DNA of 63,790 nucleotides, filler included, from Basidiobolus ranarum (lineage: Eukaryota), in NCBI GenBank assembly GCA_040143965.1. It is 38 parts of 38 records of this genome, joined end to end, with 100 filler letters (N's around TTAATTAATTAA, not from the genome) between each part and the next. Parts side by side here need not be neighbours in the genome. Positions count along the whole stretch, not along the records: positions 62,218 to 63,790 come from JASJQH010004808.1; 37 more parts are not named here. One strand, written 5' to 3'. Both the position numbers and the translations under genes were made by a program. Shown piece by piece: positions 63,499 to 63,790 of the stretch. The first letter of the stretch is position 1. Every line of letters starts with the position of its first letter. The notes beneath the pieces were generated by a model. The model made no database searches and had not been told where the DNA came from. It saw nothing but the letters and a program-made list of their open reading frames with translations.

Positions 63499-63790
63499 TG
63501 TTGGAGGATCTTGATATAATGGCAGTAGACTTTGAGTATAAGAAGCAACTTATGATCCCTAACAGCAACTTGAGGATTGTTATTGTAGGAAAACCATCAA
63601 AATTTTAATACATTTGGGATTGACTGTTTACTTAACATCATAAAGTTGTCAAGTTAGATTTGATATTAATCAATTTTTTCAGTTTCAGGAGTTGCACATA
63701 ATTGGCTATAATCTTAGAGAACTATGGATCAACACATGTGCAAAAAACATAACTCAAATTTTACACAATTACCACTTGAACACTAATCCC
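63499..63790 (+). mobile_element. LTR D 5' end (63499-63556) interrupted by the family C terminus (63557-63790)
   Basis: TGTTGGAGGATCTTG then CCCTAACAG. Confidence 0.75.

Overview
This window is not one locus. It is 38 short contigs (1590 bp falling to about 1573 bp, size-sorted) joined by artificial 100-nt spacers (N44-TTAATTAATTAA-N44), so adjacency across a spacer means nothing and ORFs ending in X...LIN or X...N are artefacts. The DNA is fungal, with short GT-AG introns. An early-diverging lineage (Basidiobolus/Mucoromycota-like) is my inference from gene style and an intronless NRPS. About two-thirds of the contigs are decayed, nested, CpG-depleted transposons: at least three Ty1/Copia families, one Ty3/Gypsy, a two-gene CACTA/CMC-type DNA transposon, two further DNA-element termini and several solo-LTR families. 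The remaining contigs hold partial host genes: Gly-rich secreted proteins, an alkaline phosphatase, PH and C2H2 proteins, a Pin4-like RRM/R3H protein, zuotin, a BBE-domain oxidase, Pro/Cys-rich secreted paralogues, ADH, PDC, a Kelch-SNF2 fusion, V-ATPase B and an NRPS A-T-E module. The most notable observations are a TSD-flanked 283-bp solo LTR carrying a tRNA-like Pol III unit (48156-48438), a head-to-head ADH/PDC fermentation pair, the Kelch-SNF2 fusion, half-tRNA-primed Copia elements and a Copia family whose LTRs end TG...TA.
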